A DNA stretch of 64,000 bases. Source: Callorhinchus milii (lineage: Eukaryota). The stretch is from assembly GCF_018977255.1 (NCBI RefSeq), contig NW_024704743.1:82586001-82650000 (forward strand). Direction: 5' to 3'. This document shows, piece by piece, positions 53,380 to 64,000 of this stretch. A program made the position numbers and the translations under genes. The stretch's first letter is position 1. Every line of letters starts with the position of its first letter. A model generated the notes under the pieces. The model was not told the DNA's origin. It was given only the letters and a program-made list of their open reading frames with translations, and searched no databases.

Positions 53380-54122
53380 GGCTCTTTCTTTCTCTCAATC
53401 CCCCCTCCTTCCCTCTCTCCCTCCCTTTCTCTCTGTTTTCTCTCTCACTCGCTCTCTCTATTTTTCTTTCCTTTCATACTCTCTGTTTTTCTCAATCCGC
53501 CGCTCTTTCTCCCCCTATTTCTACTTTTTCTCTCTCACTCTTTCTCCCTCTCTCTATTTTTCTTTCCTCTCTCACACTCCATCCCTCTATTTTCCACTCT
53601 TCTACTCTCTCTCTCTTTTCTTTCCTCTCTCATACACTCTTTCTCCCTCTGTTTTTCTCTCTCCTCCCACTCTTTTTTTTCTTGCCTCTCTCACTCTTTC
53701 TCTCCCTCTCTCTATTTTTCTTTTCTCCCTCCCTCAAGCGCTCTGGGATGCTGTCCCACGTAAGGTATGCTATATAAATGCAAGTTGTTGTTGTTTTTCT
53801 TTTCTCTCTCACTCTGGATTCTCCCTCTCTTTTTCTTTTCTCTCTATTTTTCTTTTCTCCATCCCTCGTTGTTTCCCCCCCACTCTCACACTCTTAACTC
53901 CCTCCCTGTTTCTTTCTTCTCTCAAACTCTTTCTCTCCCTTCATCTCTGTTTTTCTCTATCTCCCTCTCTGTTTTTCTTTCCTTCTCTCTCTCTCTGCTT
54001 TTCTTTTACTCTCTCTATTTTTCTTTCCCCCCTCTCTCTATCTCCCTCCCTCCCACTCTATTTTATTTCCTCTCTCTCTCTCTCTCATTCTTTCTCTCTC
54101 TCATTCTCTCTCTCTCTCTCTT
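53380..54122. repeat. CT-rich low-complexity tract with an embedded L2 tail (about 53735-53795)
   Basis: Directly visible. Confidence 0.92.
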
Positions 54123-54796
54123 TGAAATTACAACCGGATCTCCTTGAGAGTCAGTTTCAATTCCAGGCAGATGATGATAGGAAATCAAAACTCTAGCTAT
54201 ATCTCATACTCACTCCACTAGTTGTAGTGGGAGGAGAGAAAGAGAAAGTGAGTTTGTTTTGCATTGTCAGTTGCCCGGAATTGAAACTGTTTCTTCCACG
54301 TTCGCCCACAAATATACAGTCAATTCACTTTACAGTATATTCTGTGAAGCTTTTTGGGACATCTAGAAGACGTGAAAAGAGCTATATCAAATGCAAGGAT
54401 TATTATTATAAGGAGATTTTGTTATTGATCAGTGAGAGAGACAGAGAGAAAGAGGAAAAAGAGATCCAGAGAGGGGGCAGTGGGATTGGGGTAAGAGAGT
54501 AATTGAGAGCGAGTGTGTCAGAGAGAAAGTGATTGAGAGAGGGAAAGCAAGAGTCATTAACAGAGGTGGAGAGAAAGAGAAGGAGAGAGGGAGGCTGACA
54601 GACAGAGGGAGAGAGAGATAGAGGAAGTGAGTGAGGGAGAGCAGAACAATCGGAGCCTCCCTCGGCCGTCTCTGGGGGATCCGAGGACAGACAGCAAGTG
54701 TTGTGCGCTGCCACCAGGGATACAACAACAGCAGGACATCCCAAGGGGAGACCTTGAAACTTGCGCTGTGGGTTTGAGCCCAGTTGGCCTGACACG

Positions 54797-55243
54797 ATGG
54801 GGTGCTGTGGCAGCAGGAAGGTGGGCAACTATGAAGCTCTGAAAACGGTTGAGATGAACAATCAGAGTTTGGGCCGATTTGGGAAATGGCATCAAAACGA
54901 GAAGAAGTTTTTCTGCATCTTCTTCTCAGCGATGGACAATAAGCCCGGCTTCCAGGGGATCCTGAGGCGCTGGCAGAGGGCAGATCAAGAGACCGAGCAC
55001 ATGGTAAATTGGCACAAGGTCTGGCAGAAACCGTTCGGCTACATCGAGACTTTGGAGAGGATCCAGAGCCTGGTGAACGACAAGCAATTGCAGAGCACTC
55101 TGAGGCAGTGGTCGAAGCTGGTGGTGAGGCAAAGGAAGAAGAATTACACACTCGCTCAGGAAAGGGGCACAGCTGACCCTGGTCATCGCATGGCTTTAGA
55201 GACTTGGCAAAAACTGGACAGAGCACTGCAGGGCTGGGGGTAG
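54797..55243 (+). CDS. Unrecognised 148-aa ORF with N-terminal MGCCGS acylation motif
   Basis: Kozak acgATGG, uninterrupted high-complexity ORF, visibly G/C-ending codons and retained CpGs. I recognise no homologue. Confidence 0.55.
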   Translation: MGCCGSRKVGNYEALKTVEMNNQSLGRFGKWHQNEKKFFCIFFSAMDNKPGFQGILRRWQRADQETEHMVNWHKVWQKPFGYIETLERIQSLVNDKQLQSTLRQWSKLVVRQRKKNYTLAQERGTADPGHRMALETWQKLDRALQGWG

Positions 55244-55261
55244 GGGAGGGGAGACACTCAT

Positions 55262-55360
55262 CCCCTCCCCCAACCCACCCCCAGGGAAGACCGACCCCTC
55301 CCCCAAACCACCCCCAGGGGAGACCGACCACTCCCCCAAACCACCCCCAGGGGAGACCGA
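55262..55360 (+). repeat. 33-bp GC-rich tandem repeat, about 3 copies
   Basis: Unit close to CTCCCCCAAACCACCCCCAGGGGAGACCGACC(C/A), just after the stop of the 148-aa ORF. Confidence 0.9.
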
Positions 55361-55561
55361 TCCTGAGAGAGGAAAGAGCTCATCACGTGGAGAGTGAAGG
55401 GGACCCTTGACCGCGTATGTACTTACTGGTGTTGAAGCAGCGTACACAGTGCTCCTAAGTCCCATGCTGTCACGTGCGCTTACCGGCTGCAATACTGAAG
55501 GACCACATGCGCAGTACACAACAGTGAACAAGCACAGAAGACAAGGTTTTGACCAGCCATC

Positions 55562-55720
55562 ATGACATCAGGCAATGCAGATCGCCCAACTAAACACAAC
55601 TTAGTGATAAGGACCTAACAGAAGAAATTCAAGATTCTCCAATTTTGCCAGGCAAATCCTGAAATGAAAAAGATGGACATCGCTTCCAAATTTGATTTAA
55701 AACCACAGACTTTGAATGGG
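55562..55720 (+). pseudogene. pogo/Tigger-type transposase N-terminal HTH remnant
   Basis: MTSGNADRPTKHNLVIRT*QKKFKILQFCQANPEMKKMDIASKFDLKPQTLNG fits the CENP-B/psq-type HTH pattern, with one in-frame stop. Confidence 0.6.
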
Positions 55721-56219
55721 GGAGATCAGGCAGAGTGAATTAAGGGTTTATGCCTGACCTAACATTTTCTTAAAAAGTGATTGATAATTCAGCTGTAATG
55801 TTAATATTGTAGTTCTCTGTATGAGTTTATATTCTATGAAAACAGTTCTGTTTTGAAATCTGTTTGATTGTGTTATTCATTGTACAGTTCATGTTTTCTG
55901 CACACAAAATACAGCACTGTGCAGGGAGAGAATGGGCTACCATAGCTTTAATGTGCATGGGTTAAACATGGTACAGACACCTTGCCTTAATATCACCAGC
56001 CATTTCAGTACTTGTGTATTTGTGATGTGTAAGTCATATAAGATGCCATTTTTGTCTCACTGCCTATGCTGCTTCTCAGTTGGTAAGTGCACATGTGATG
56101 AAGGGTCTCTTTCGCTCTCCGCATGATAAGACATTCCCCATCCCCTCCACGTGATGAAGTACCCAGTAGGAGTATTTGAGAAAGATACTGTTGCACATTT
56201 TGCGATTTTAAAACTACAG

Positions 56220-56749
56220 AACTAAGTCTCAGTAAGAAACGAAATGTACATGTGGAAAATAGAGGACATTGGAGCTGTGGTTCAAGAGAAACATTAGGGC
56301 TATTCAATTATGTGCATTTTTCACCCACAAATCAATCCACTTTCATAACATATTCTGTGAAGCTCTTTCAACAATGTATCAAATAATAATAATCCTTGCA
56401 TTTATAGAACTGAATCACTTAATTATTAATTTCACTTTCATTGATCACTCTGGATTTAATGATTATTCTTCCATATATCTACTCTATTGATAAAAGTATA
56501 TTGTTGTTTTAAAATGTGTTTGTGTTTGAAAATGTGTATGAATTTTTACATTGCCTATCTAAAGTTTGCATTGCAATTAAAATATAGTGAAATTAAATAA
56601 AACAGTCACACAATTTAGAAACAGGATTTCTATATGATTTTACGGGTTATGTTTCTGGAAGGGAAACACACAAATATTGCTAATGTAGACAGAGGATGTC
56701 TCTCAAATCCGACATCCAGCCCTCAGGGTCAAATGGTTGGACCACCCTG
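56220..56749 (+). mobile_element. hAT deletion derivative (right end plus a trace of the transposase start)
   Basis: LSLSKKRNVHVENR at 56222-56263 resembles the transposase N-terminus. TIR gttggaccaccctg ends at 56749. The subterminal sequence recurs at 15040-15142. Confidence 0.6.
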
Positions 56750-58081
56750 GTCTAAGCTGACAGTCCAATGCAGTGTTGGGGTAGCGCTGCATTGCCGGAG
56801 GCGCAGTCCTTTGGATGTGACGTTAAACCGAGGTTCGTTTGCATGTTCAGGTGGACATTAAATTTCTTTGCGGCATTATTTGAAAAGAGAAGGGATTTTC
56901 TCTCTCTCTCCCCTGGTGTCCTGACTGACAATTCCCACAGATAAAATTGGTCACATGCTCCGTGGCTGTTGTGGGACATCGCTGCATGCAAATTGGGTGC
57001 CGCGATTTGCCTGAAAAATACAGTCACTCCTCTTTACAGTATATCCTGTGAAGGTTTGCTTATTGATTATGTGTGTAATTCAGGTGAAAAAATGGCAGAT
57101 CGCAAAAGGAAAACATGTTTGTTCACTAAATAATACGTGCAAGCCTCTATGTGAAGTGCATTGACATGTATTGTGTGAGTGCGTGTCAGCTGTTTGCTGC
57201 TAAAGTCAGTGTCTATTGGGGAACACTCTGGGGTAGAGCTCAAGCCTCAGCTCTTGCAAGCTGCTCCTCACACTGTCTGGAATGGGGCATTATGAACAAC
57301 GTGTTCTTGACGTAAGAAAGAGGGATTGTGCGAATGTGCTTCTGCTGTGCTGCATTGCTGTAAGCAACTGCAAATTTGCCAATCACGGTGTTCCTCCGGA
57401 AGAGCAGAGTGCGGTTTGTATTTGCCTGAAACACTTATAGTTTTCTAAATGTGCTTCCTCTTCCGGCCGTGTAGAGAGGCAAGGTGTAACCAGATGCTCT
57501 GTGTGTGCAGAGTAAGGCAAGGAAACGGTTCTGGGGGTGTGATAATCAAATGATTGTGTGGCTATGGATAGGCGAGGAATGTAGTCAGCAAATACCTATA
57601 TTCAATACATGAATATAGTCAGCAAATTGACAGAATCGATTGATTCTTTAAAACACAGATTAGTTTGTTTTCTTTTTGGAAATAACATTATGGGATATAG
57701 TACATAAGTAGCTTGGGACATATGTGCGTGCGTGCGACCGCCAGGAAGGTGGAAGGCAAACTAGATGGACCTTGGTCTTTTTTTGGCTAACATTTCTTAT
57801 GTTCTTATGTTGTAAGCACCTTTCTTTAATAATTTCTTTAAAAAAAATTGGTTACTTCAATCCACAACTGTTTGTGGGCCATTGCTGTGCGCAATTGGCT
57901 ACTGCGTTTCATCCACAAAATAAACAGTCAATTCACTTTACAGTATATTCTATCATGCGCTTTGACACATCTCGAAGACGTTATAAGGCACTATATCAAA
58001 TGCAAAGATTATTATTATCCTCGGGGGTTTGGGGAGTCATTGGAGCTGGGCGCAAGTGGCGGTGATAGGGTCACGGACCTT

Positions 58082-58396
58082 GTAGAGTCCTGTAGCTCAG
58101 TGGTTAGAGCACTCGCTTTGCAAGTGAATTCAATTCCAGGCAGGGCGAAACCTTGGGCAAGTTTCCTTACTCCACACGCCTACTAATAATCCCTCCAAAA
58201 CCAAAAAAACAATAATAAAATTGGTCATTTCAATCTACGACTGTTTGTGGGACATTGCTGTGCGCAATTGGCTGCCGCGTTCGCCCACAAATATACAGTC
58301 AATTCACTTTACAGTGTGTTCTGTGAAGCGCTTTGGGACGTCCTCCCGACGTGAAAAGCGCTATATCAAATGCAAGGATTATTATTATTATTATTA
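58082..58396 (+). mobile_element. tRNA-headed Deu-domain SINE with L2-type tail, young copy
   Basis: A-box TAGCTCAGTGG, Deu-like core gtttgtgggacattgctgtgcgcaattggctgccgcgtt, tail (ATT)n. Nearly identical to 5700-5955. Confidence 0.88.
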
Positions 58397-59916
58397 TGTG
58401 TGAGAGACACGAGCTGCAATGTTTTGAATGAGTTTGAATGGACACTTTGTACATATCACAGAACCAAGTGCCTCAAACTGAAGTGATGAGTGATGTTTAT
58501 TTCATACTTTGACAGCAGCACAATTCATATGTTTGATAGTTTAGCCAATGGCTTAATCACAGAGCTGCTGACCAATGTCGTTCTGCAATAACTAATGCAT
58601 CCTGACCTGATCTGAAGAAGGGTATTTTTGGTACGATAAACAGAACATAGGGACAAAGGAATGTACAGGACCAAGGCAGACCCATTGTAGTCCATCTGAC
58701 TGATCTTATTTGTTTGTTTGAAATGAGAAGTGTTCAAGTTAAAATACTGCACACGTTTGATAATAACCGACAGCTCCTGGTTTAAGGAGGGGAAATAATC
58801 CAAAAATACAGAAAAAGCCAAAGATAGTTTCATTCCTTCCAAAGAACACAACTTAACCCTAAAATAAATATTAGATTTTTTTTCAGTAATTGATTTCTTG
58901 ATGGTGAAGGATATCAATGGCATTTGTGTGCTTGTGTGTGTTTGTATGTGGGTGGATGGGGGGAAGAGAGGGAGGAATCTGCTCTAATTTTGGTCGCTCA
59001 GAGATAATACTAAGCATTCCTTTGTCAGCTCTGGCAGAATAATGTTTTGTTTATGCAAAGTAATAATGCTCTGAGTTACATGCAACTCAACGCACTATAG
59101 CTAAGCTCCATTAACCAGTGAGCTGCACACACGATTTGTTAAAAAAGTACAGAATGCACTCCGGTGAGAAAATATGCAAAATTCCAATAAAACTAAGCAT
59201 TGTATTCAGGGTTACATTTTGCCCAAGATACATTTTGTACATTTTTTTTTGTGAGATATATACACAGCTTTAAAACAAAAATATCAAAAGTATCATATTG
59301 TGATTAACATCAATTGGGATAGATTGTATTCTAAAATTAGTTTCCATGTAAACGTAATCTATGTAACAGTGCTTTATTTCTTTCAATAGCTTCCTATATA
59401 TTAAAATAATATTAGAGATTTTTTAAAATGAATGTGAACAGACAGTCTGGGAGTAGAAGCTTCACCTGGATCTAGATTTACTCTAAACACGTCGAGACCC
59501 TGTGTGAAGGATACTATATAAATCCAGATTGTTGTATTTTCGGAGTGACCACGATCTGGCAAATTTCCAAATACAGTTGCAATTCTGAAGATAGTTTTCT
59601 GTGTTTCTTTTAAGAAATACAGAAAACTAGCTTCAGAGTCCAACAACAACAACCAATTGCATTTGTATAGGGCCTTTCACCTCGGCAGGACATCCCAAGG
59701 CATTGTCCCAAACTCAATTCAACAATTTGCCAAATTTTACGCAATAGAGTACATAAAGACCCATTGTGGAATTTCTGCTACCAGATTTGTGAGTATGTCA
59801 AATACTACAACAGAGATAGGTTCACATGTTGCAAGTAACTTGAACGTGTTGTCACATGGTCTGTATCGAGATGCACAAGTGGATGGTTTGAAAAGCTCCT
59901 CGTATTCGGACGCCTT

Positions 59917-60036
59917 TCACTGAAGTAAGGCCAGCAGCAACTTCTGGAAATCACCTGAAGTCTCAGATTTGACTGCCTCAGCCAGAGACTTCTTGTTCAA
60001 CTCCTTATACTTCTCCTTGATAAAGACAAGATCAAC
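59917..60036 (-). CDS. ANXA13: Annexin A13, last coding exon
   Basis: ctttaaatag| VDLVFIKEKYKELNKKSLAEAVKSETSGDFQKLLLALLQ TGA; classic annexin C-terminus. Confidence 0.93.
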   Translation of the reverse strand, partial: VDLVFIKEKYKELNKKSLAEAVKSETSGDFQKLLLALLQ

Positions 60037-60259
60037 CTATTTAAAGAAAGAACATGGTTCAGCTCTGAGTGGCATTAAAGAGGGCACTGTCATGAGCTAC
60101 TCCCATCTACAGCAGTTCATGCTCGATATTTCTGCTGCATTTGCTTTTCAGGTGGAAATGCTGTAAAAGAGGCTTGTGAAGGGAGAGAACAACTTTGATC
60201 CATTATCCATTCTTTCTCCTGAGATTTTTCCGTCCCTCTCCCCTTTCATTAGGGTTATG

Positions 60260-62504
60260 CTGTATAAAGCTGTATAAAGCTGGAGCAGAGAGCCCAGCAG
60301 TGTGGGGAGGGAACTGAGTGAGGTGGAGAATTCTGTCAAAGAATTTGATAAGAGTGGGAATTTGGTGCAGAGGGGAAAAGAGGTGTATAATTATAATATA
60401 TATAAATTATATTAAAATAATATAAAACAGGTCTGGGAATATGGCAGGGCAGCTGCGACCAGTTGCATGCACAATGTGTGCCATGTGGGAACTCCAGGAT
60501 GCTTTGTGTGCCCTGGACAGACACGTGTGTAGGAAGTGCCTCCAGCTGCTCGAGCTTGAGCTCAGGGTTTCTGTGCTTGAGGAGAGGCTGGTGTCACTAC
60601 ATAGCATATGGGAGGCTGAAGAGTTCATGGATCAAACGTTTCAAGAGAGGGTCACCCCACAGCCACATAGGGTTCACAAGGAGAATGAGTGAGTGACAAC
60701 CCGGCATAGTAGGAAGAGGGGACAGGCAGTGCAGAAATCCCCTGAGGGGGATTAGTATTCAGTGCAGTGAATCAGTCAGGGTGATGACCCCACTGGAGAG
60801 GGGAGTCAAAAGCAAATGGATGCACAGGGGGACACAGGGAAGAGCGTTAATACAATTGTCTTTGGAGACACAATGGTGAAAGGAGTAGACAGACGTTTCT
60901 GCAACCAAAGATGTGACTCTCGCATGGTATGTTGCCTCTTCTGCCAGGGTTGAAGATATCAAGGAACGAGTGCAAAACATTCTACAGGGGGAAATGGAAC
61001 ATCCAGAAGTTGTGGTCCATATTGGGATCCATGACGTAGAGAAAAAAAGGTCTGAAATCCTACAGGGAGAGTATCAGAGCTAGGGAAAAAACTAAAGAGT
61101 AGGACCTCAAAGGTGGTGATCTTTGAATTACTCCCAGCGCCTCATGCGAGTGAGTATCAAAACAGCAGGATCAAACACATGAATGCATGGCTGGAGAATA
61201 AGTGCAGAAAGGAGGGCTTCAGGTTCCTGGATCACTGGGACCAGTTTAGGGACCTGTACAAGGTGTATGGGTTAAATCTGACTAACGTCCTCGCAGAGAG
61301 GTTAATTCATGCTGTGGGGAAGGTTTAAACTAATTTTAGGTCCAATTAAGGACCAAAGAGGAATCTTCTTGTAGAGGCAGAGGGCATGGCTGATGTACTG
61401 AATGAGTACTTTGCGTCTGTCTTCACAAAAGAAGAGGATGCAGCCAATGCCACAGTATCAGAGGAGAGGGTACAGAAATTGGATAAGATGAGAATAAACT
61501 GAGAGAGGTTTTAAAAAGGTTGTCGGTGCTCAAGGTAAATAAGTCACCCGGTCCAGACGGTATGCATCCTAGGGTACTGAGAGAAGTAAGGATGGAAATA
61601 ACGGAGGCTCTGGCTACAATCTTTCAATTCTCCTTGGACACCGGGGTGGTGGCAAAGGACTGGAGGGTTGCAAATGTTACTCCTCTGTACAAAAAGGGGC
61701 AGAAGAATAAACCCGGGAACTAGAGGCCAGTCAGCCTAACATCAGTAGTGGGGAAACTTCTAGAGACTAAATGCGGGAAAAAATAAATTTTCACTTAGAA
61801 AAATATGGGTTAATAAAGGACAGCCAACATGGATTTGTTAAAGGCAAATCATGTTTAACAAACCTGATAGAGTTTTTTGATGAAGTAATGGAGAGGGTGG
61901 ATAAACAAACGGGATACTAGGAAGTTATGATGAACCTTTATAAAACACTGGTTAGGCCTCAGCTAGTGTACTGTGTTTAATTCTGGGCACCACACTTTAG
62001 GAAGGATGTCAAGGCATTGGAGAAGGTGCAAAGGAGATTTACCAGGATGGTACCAGGAATGAGGGACTTCAGTTATGAGGAGAGGCTAGAGAAGCTAGGA
62101 TTATTCTCCTTGGAGCAGAAAAGGTTAAGACGAGACTTAATAGAAGTTTTCAAAATTATGAGGGTATTCGATAGGGGGAACAAGGAGAAACTATTTCCAC
62201 TGGCGGGTGGGTCGGTAACCCGAGGACACCGATTTTAAATAGTTGTTAAAAGAAAGAGAGGGGAGGTGAGGAGAAATTTTTTTACACAGCGAGTTCGAAT
62301 CTGGGATGCAATGCCTGAAAGGGTGGTGGAAGCTGATTCGATAACAACTTTTAAGAGAGAAGTAGATAATTATTTGGGGAGTACAAGTTTGCAGGGCTAT
62401 GGGGAGAGCGCGGGGGAGTGGGATTGGATTGGATAGCTCTTTTCATAGAGCCAGCACAGACACAGTGGGCCAAATGGTCTCCTTTTGTGCTGTATAATTC
62501 TATG
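60260..62504 (+). mobile_element. CR1-clade LINE (shark HER1-like), internally deleted, antisense in the last ANXA13 intron
   Basis: ORF1 from 60441 with CxxC...CxxC zinc finger and SGNH-esterase-like blocks (FGDTMVKG, VVVHIG). RT N-terminal motifs KSPGPDG, DWRVANVTP, QHGF..KSCLTNL. C-terminal EKVQRRFTRM...TRGH and CR1 3' tail. Confidence 0.9.
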
Positions 62505-63176
62505 GTGCCTGATGGCTCCTGTGGTACCTTTGCCCAAGTGGCTATTACTCATGTTTGAGCCTTGACAGTGCGTGTTGGCAACCCACTCCTGTCATCACCC
62601 ACAGGCATCTCTACATAGCAAGCAGGACCAGGATTATTGGCTTATTTTCCCTTCCCCTAAAGACGGTCACGAAGACCCATTGTAGCACTCCTACCTCTGC
62701 CTCAGCTGAGATTGGGCTGACATGTGAACATAGATTTACACTCGGCCCAACAGTCCTCCATGTAAGTCTCCAACCACTCCTTACTCCCTCCCGAACACTT
62801 CTCTTTCCTTCTTCCTTATGTGTATGTCTCGCTTCCTCTTCTATACATCTGTACTATCTGATTCAACTACTGCTTCATCCAGTGAGTTCCACATTCTTCA
62901 GCCTTCCAATTTGCAAGGGCGAGTGCTGTTTCCAGCAGGGCCTTTAACCACTACACTATTAGGGAAACTCACCAACCCCATTTTATGACATAATGTTTTC
63001 GTAGTCAGATTCAAGTTTCGGAAGGCAGGCAAACGGCCAGTCCTGGGGTGATGCAAATTATCTTCATCTTCATCAGTTTTTCTAATCTCTTTTTGCGAAT
63101 ATCAGAACTGAACTGCCACTGAAGAATTAAAACTTTTTCACACATGTCTCACAGTATTGCAGGATTATAGTTTTAC

Positions 63177-63289
63177 CTCTGCATGGGCTACTATGATGCG
63201 AATCAGGGTGTCCTCTTTGGTTCCTGAACCTTTCATCGCCTCATGCAACTGCTTCGCAAAGTAACTGTGGGAATCTCTGGTACATTGAA
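63177..63289 (-). CDS. ANXA13: Annexin A13, penultimate exon
   Basis: cttgcag| (V)QCTRDSHSYFAKQLHEAMKGSGTKEDTLIRIIVAHAE |gtaaaa; annexin repeat-4 MKGxGT-E-LIRI motif, 113 nt. Synteny supports A13. Confidence 0.92.
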
Positions 63290-64000
63290 CTGCAAGATAA
63301 AAACACACAGCTGAGTTTTAGATTGAGTTATCAGGAGAAAGGGTCTCATATTTAATACTGTTTCTATGGCTTCACCATTCCATTCTAATCCTCAGTCTGT
63401 GTGTCAGTGAGGAATGAAACCCTTCCGGGCTCACAGTCATGAAGAATTGAGTGGTGAGGCTCACTCTAAAAACAAACATAGCGTGGCACTTCAATCAGCA
63501 GAACCAATTGGTAAACCATTCTCCTGGTCGGGAAGGGGGGTGTTCAGTCCTAAAACTATTATTAAAGACAGATTTTAAGAACAAGTGTAAATTATTCTCT
63601 GCTCTTGTCATTGACCACATAATATATATTGTTATATATTATTATATTCCCTCTCTCCTGGTTATGTAACAGCAGCAAGAACAAGAGGTGAGGTCAACTG
63701 CAACTGCTGGTTCAAGACCATGAAGAGCAAGTTTAGGACACCAGAAGTATTTCTTCTTCAAACAGAGGGCAATTAATAGCTGGAATTGTTTACCAGAAAT
63801 TGAGATTCATATTCAGATGCTGGACTAATTTAGGAAACAGCTTGAGGCCTGAAATTCCACCTAGTTTTAGCCTGTAAGACCATTTTGTCTTAAAATTTAA
63901 GATTGGCGTAATTGTGGAAATGATCAAATTCAATTTTAATTTAGAAGCCGGTTTGATTTAAGGACTGACTGCAGAAAATTGGCTTCCAAATCAAGACAGG

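Noticed and set aside
53237..54196. 319-aa Leu/Ser/Phe-rich ORF
   Set aside because: CT-rich low-complexity tract plus L2 tails.
54429..55331. 300-aa minus-strand ORF overlapping the orphan ORF
   Set aside because: Antisense shadow extended by repeats at both ends; the Kozak ATG and acylation motif favour the plus strand.
53000..57500. A complete endogenous retrovirus around the orphan ORF
   Set aside because: No paired LTRs, primer-binding site, or capsid, protease, RT, integrase or env motifs were visible.

Overview
This is vertebrate genomic DNA. The repeat content (tRNA/Deu-domain SINEs, abundant L2, shark-type CR1, a Penelope relic) points to a cartilaginous fish, possibly a chimaera (inference). 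Three minus-strand genes lie in the same order as human 8q24.13: FBXO32/atrogin-1 (coding exons 1-2 and promoter; the rest is left of the window), a complete KLHL38 CDS (3 coding exons, 584 aa) and the last two exons of ANXA13. Mobile elements include a near-full-length dead L2, an internally deleted CR1, a 2.35-kb SPIN/Charlie-like hAT transposon, MITEs and many SINEs. The most unexpected item is an intact, unrecognised 148-aa plus-strand ORF between KLHL38 and ANXA13 (54797-55243). It has a strong Kozak context and an MGCCGS acylation motif, and is followed by a stem-loop at the stop codon and an in-frame 33-bp repeat. Other oddities: an inverted duplication around the putative KLHL38 promoter, a decayed hammerhead ribozyme, a 28S rRNA fragment, a 90-nt hairpin and an unclassified ~110-bp repeat in six copies. 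All comparisons to known sequences are from memory; no searches were run.
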